Assembly (NCBI RefSeq): GCF_001447785.1
Contig: NW_015160330.1
Span: forward strand, 66,671 to 130,670
Reading direction: 5' to 3'
DNA: 64,000 nucleotides
Origin: Gekko japonicus
Taxonomy: Eukaryota
Position numbers and translations under genes: made by a program. Under the pieces are notes generated by a model. It saw nothing but the letters and a program-made list of their open reading frames with translations. It ran no database searches and was not told the origin of the DNA. Below are positions 59,277 through 64,000 of the stretch, piece by piece. Positions within the stretch are counted from its first letter, which is position 1. Every line of letters begins with the position of its first letter.

Positions 59277-62151
59277 CAGAGGATGATCAGAGGGATGAGG
59301 AGGGTGAGGAACTTCATCAGCAAAAATCAGATAGAGTTAAAAATGAGGACTTCAAAGAAAACATCAGGAATCGAGGCAGACCAAAGAGAAAGAAAGGGGG
59401 CCATATGGTTGAGAAGCAAGATGGAAGAAAGGGTCATGTACATTTTCCAAAACAGAGGATAATGAAGGCAAGAAAATCCATTCAGTGTGCAAAGGACTTC
59501 AGAAACAGATCACAGCTCTCTGTGCACCAAAGAATACACAGAGGGGACAAAAATTTTCAATGCTCAGAGTGTGGAAGGAGATTCAGTCGGAGTGGCAGTC
59601 TTCATGTGCACCGAAGAACCCACACAGGGGAGAAACATTTTGAATGCTCAGAGTGTGGAAAGAAATTCAGTGAGAATGGCCATCTTCAGAAGCATCAGAG
59701 AACCCACACAGGGGAGAAACCTTTTGAATGCTTCGAGTGTGGAAAGAGATTCAGTAGGAGTGGCAATCTTCATCGGCATCAGAGAACCCACACAGGGGAG
59801 AAACGTTTTGAATGCTCAGAGTGTGGAAAGAGATTCAGTCAGAGTGGCCATCTTCAACTGCATCAAAGAACCCACACAGGGGAGAAATCTTTTGAATGCT
59901 CAGAATGTGGAAAGAGATTCAGTCAGAGTGGCCATCTTCAGTTGCACCAAAGAACCCACACAGGGGAGACACCTTTTGAATGCTCAAAATGTGGAAAGAG
60001 ATTCAGTCACAGTAGCAATCTTCAGGGGCACCAGAGAACCCACACAGGGGAGAAACCTTTTGAATGCTCAGAGTGTGGAAAGAGATTCAGTCAGAGTGGC
60101 CATCTTCAACTGCATCAAAGAACCCACACTGGGGAGAAACCTTTTGAATGCTCAGAATGTGGAAAGAGATTCAGTCAGAGTGGCCATCTTCAATTGCACC
60201 AAAGAACCCACACAGGGGAGACACCTTTTGAATGCTCAGAATGTGGAAAGAGATTCAGTCACAGTAGCAGTCTTCAGGGGCACCAAAGAACCCACACAGN
60301 NNNNNNNNNNNNNNNNNNNNNNNNNNNNNNNNNNNNNNNNNNNNNNNNNNNNNNNNNNNNNNNNNNNNNNNNNNNNNNNNNNNNNNNNNNNNNNNNNNNN
60401 NNNNNNNNNNNNNNNNNNNNNNNNNNNNNNNNNNNNNNNNNNNNNNNNNNNNNNNNNNNNNNNNNNNNNNNNNNNNNNNNNNNNNNNNNNNNNNNNNNNN
60501 NNNNNNNNNNNNNNNNNNNNNNNNNNNNNNNNNNNNNNNNNNNNNNNNNNNNNNNNNNNNNNNNNNNNNNNNNNNNNNNNNNNNNNNNNNNNNNNNNNNN
60601 NNNNNNNNNNNNNNNNNNNNNNNNNNNNNNNNNNNNNNNNNNNNNNNNNNNNNNNNNNNNNNNNNNNNNNNNNNNNNNNNNNNNNNNNNNNNNNNNNNNN
60701 NNNNNNNNNNNNNNNNNNNNNNNNNNNNNNNNNNNGTCGATAAACCTTTTCAATGCTCAGAGTGTGGAAAGAGATTCAGTCGGAGAGATAGTCTTGAACT
60801 GCACCAAAGAACCCACACAGGGAAGAAACCTTTTGAATGCTCAGAGTGCGGAAAGAGATTCAGTCAGAGTTCCAATCTTCAACAGCATCAGAGAACCCAC
60901 ACAGGGGAGAAACCTTTTGAATGCTCACAGTGTGGAAAGAGATTCAATGAGAGTTGCCATCTTCAACTGCACCAAAGAACCCACTCAGGGGAGAAACCTT
61001 TTGAATGCTCACAGTGTGGAAAGAGATTCAATGAGAGTTGCCATCTTCAACTGCACCAAAGAACCCACTCAGGGGAGAAACCTTTTGAATGCTCACAGTG
61101 TGGAAAGAGATTCAATGAGAGTTGCCATCTTCAACTGCACCAAAGAACCCACTCAGGGGAGAAACCTTTTGAATGCTCACAGTGTGGAAAGAGATTCAAT
61201 GAGAGTTGCCATCTTCAACTGCACCAAAGAACCCACTCAGGGGAGAAACCTTTTGAATGCTCACAGTGTGGAAAGAGATTCAATGAGAGTTGCCATCTTC
61301 AACTGCACCAAAGAACCCACTCAGGGGAGAAACCTTTTGAATGCTCACAGTGTGGAAAGAGATTCAATGAGAGTTGCCATCTTCAACTGCACCAAAGAAC
61401 CCACTCAGGGGAGAAACCTTTTGAATGCTCACAGTGTGGAAAGAGATTCAATGAGAGTTGCCATCTTCAACTGCACCAAAGAACCCACTCAGGGGAGAAA
61501 CCTTTTGAATGCTCACAGTGTGGAAAGAGATTCAATGAGAGTTGCCATCTTCAACTGCACCAAAGAACCCACTCAGGGGAGAAACCTTTTGAATGCTCAC
61601 AGTGTGGAAAGAGATTCAATGAGAGTTGCCATCTTCAACTGCACCAAAGAACCCACTCAGGGGAGAAACCTTTTGAATGCTCACAGTGTGGAAAGAGATT
61701 CAATGAGAGTTGCCATCTTCAACTGCACCAAAGAACCCACTCAGGGGAGAAACCTTTTGAATGCTCAGAGTGTGGAAAGAAATTCCGTATGAGTGGCAAT
61801 CTTCAGCAGCATCAGAGAACCCACACAGGGGAGAAACCTTTTGAATGCTCAGAGTGTGGAAAGAGATTCAGTGAGAGCGGCCATCTTCAGCAGCATCAGA
61901 GAACCCACACAGGGGAGAAACCTTTTGAATGCTCAGAGTGTGGAAAGCGATTCAGTCAGAGTGGCCATCTTCAGAAGCATCAGAGAACCCACACAGGGGA
62001 GAAAACTTTTGAATGCTCAGAGTGTGGAAAGAAATTCAGTACGAGTGGCAATCTTCAGAGGCATCAGAGAAGCCACACAGGGGAGAAACCTTTTCAATGC
62101 TCACTGTGTGGAACGCGATTCAGTGAGAGTGGCAGTCTTCAACTGCATTAG
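59277..62151 (+). CDS. C2H2 zinc-finger exon (about 25 complete fingers visible, gap at 60300-60735)
   Basis: Tandem CxxC...HxxxH fingers with TGEKPF linkers, and a ttccag/cag NAGNAG acceptor at 59276/59279. Ends at a TAG inside a finger at 62149-62151. The frame across the gap cannot be determined. Confidence 0.9.
60921..61760 (+). repeat. Ten identical 84-bp zinc-finger units
   Basis: The unit atgctcacagtgtggaaagagattcaatgagagttgccatcttcaactgcaccaaagaacccactcaggggagaaaccttttga repeats 10 times and encodes [28 protein letters not shown]. Confidence 0.95.
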
Positions 62152-62222
62152 AGAACCCACACGGGAGAAACCTTTTGAATGCTCAGAGTGTGGGAAGAAA
62201 TTCAGTACGAGTGGCAATCTTC

Positions 62223-64000
62223 GTTAGAAAAGCTAAGATACTGGGGATGTGGAGAATATTTTTTGAAATTGATTTCAGCTATTTATGAAAGACAAACAGC
62301 GAAAATAATAGTGAATGGTCAAGAAACAAACATAATAGAAATACAAAAAGGACTCGGCAGGGTTGCCCCCTGTCTCCACTGCTTTTTATTTTTGCCTTAA
62401 AATCACTATTAGTAAATATTAGGAAGAATGAAAACATTAAAGGCCTGCAAAATAAAGGGGAAAAATATAAGGTTCAGGCATATGCCGATTATATGATATT
62501 TATTTTAGAAGAACCCGAAGTTACGATAGAACATCTTATAGAGACTTTAAAGGAATATGGTAAGGTAGCAGGTTTAAAAGTTAATAAAATGAAAACAAAG
62601 ATACTAGTTAAAAACTGTTCGGACGAAATAGAAAAAAGGTTGCAAGATGTTTCGGGATTTGAAGTACAAAAAAAGGTAAAATATTTGGGCATTTATTTAA
62701 CGAAAAGATGTTGTTCGCTATTTAGAGATAATTATAAAAAGGTGTTACTTGATTTTAAAAAAGACTTAGAAAGGTGGAGGGATATGCACATCTTTCTGTT
62801 TGGGAGAGTTGCAACTGTGAAAATGAACGTACTGCCACGGGTGTTGTTTTTGTTTCAAAATATACCGATCTTAAGAAATCAAGATTTTTTTAAAGATCTA
62901 GATAAAATTGTGAAAGAATTCATTTGGCAGCAAAAGAGACCAAGGATTAAATTAAAATACTTACAAGAAAAGAAACAAAGAGGAGGCTTAGCGCTCCCGG
63001 ATTGGCGTTCTTATTATAAAGCATCGGCGATGCTATGGATTAGGGAGTGGATAAACCAAGATGACAGAAGGGTTGTGAATTTGGAAGGGCATGACATCCC
63101 GATGGGCTGGCATTTTTATCTCTGGTACAGTAAGTCCACAGTGTTAGCGTCATTTAAGCAACATACTGTTAGAGGGGCGCTGTTTAAAGTATGGGAGGAG
63201 ATTAAAGCTTATTATACAAAAATACCTAGATGGATATCTCCCATAGAGGCGTTTGTGTTACCTACACTGTATATAAAATACACCAGATGGAGATATGATG
63301 ACCTCATAGATAAGAAGGGTGAGCTTTTATCAGATGAGATATTGAAGGAACGAGGTACTGACCTTACTTGGTGGGAAAAAGTCCAATTAAGATTGATATG
63401 ATTAAAAGACAAACAAATAGGTATATACACGAGTCAAACGGAATTAGATAAAATTTGGCTTGATAAGAAAGTAAAATTTATCAAAAAGGCATATGAATTT
63501 TTGTTAAATTGGAAAATGAAAGAGGATCAGGTAAAACCTGCAATGCTTGCGTGGTCAAAAGATATAGGGAGTAACATCAGTCCTGAACAGTGGAACAAAG
63601 TATAGACTAGAAATATAAAATTTTTAAGATCAAGCGCATTGAAGGAAAATGTAGTAAAGATGGCTTATAGATGGCACATTTCACCAGCCAGGTTAAATAA
63701 AATTAATGACAAGTTAGGAAAGGAATGCTGGAAATGTAAATACTGTATTGGTACTTTTTTTCATTTATGGTGGACATGTACCAAGACCAAAAGATATTGG
63801 TTAATGGTGAAAGAGTTGATAGATGAAGTACTAGATAAAAGCATATCTCTGTTACCAGAATGTTTTTTGTTGAACATGATACCTGAGATGTTTTCAAATA
63901 ATGAAGTGTACTTCTTAATGCAAATATTAACAGCGGCAAGAATTGTTTTCGCTAAGAAGTGGAAAGAGGAAAATATTCCTACGAAAAAAGATATAATTTT
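62223..64000 (+). mobile_element. 5'-truncated L1-clade LINE ORF2 (RT 3' part to CCHC), degraded, runs off the window
   Basis: RQGCPLSPLLF, YADY (YADD variant), VKYLGIYL, KMNVLPRVLFLFQ, RGGLALPDW, CWKC...HLWWTC, with stops and frameshifts. AT-rich. Confidence 0.9.

Noticed and set aside
60736-61792. Repeat peptide [15 protein letters not shown] in the 874-aa ORF
   Set aside because: Wrong frame after an estimated-length gap. The real frame is C2H2 fingers, and no true frameshift can be claimed.

Overview
Eukaryotic, repeat-rich vertebrate DNA with nine N-gaps. It is almost certainly squamate and probably gecko, judging from Sauria SINEs, Squam3-like SINEs, a squamate-type BovB and the SCAN-KRAB-ZNF architecture. 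The left half (1-33 kb) is a class I olfactory receptor cluster: two intact OR51-like genes (-), one intact OR52-like gene (+) and one 5'-truncated OR52-like ORF whose only start codon comes from a CR1 fragment. The missing continuation of that CR1 appears about 7.9 kb downstream at a complementary breakpoint. The right half (36-64 kb) is a SCAN-KRAB-C2H2 zinc-finger locus. It contains a duplicated promoter/SCAN/exon-2 block, a KRAB-A exon cut in half next to an LTR-like insertion, and a finger exon with ten identical 84-bp fingers that ends in a stop and an L1 insertion. Between the two SCAN copies lies a full-length BovB LINE with an uninterrupted 1009-aa ORF. Intergenic DNA holds CR1, L1, L2 and Penelope fragments, SINEs, hAT-type MITEs with 8-bp target-site duplications (TSDs), solo LTRs and several TE-derived tandem arrays. 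All calls are by eye; no database searches were run.
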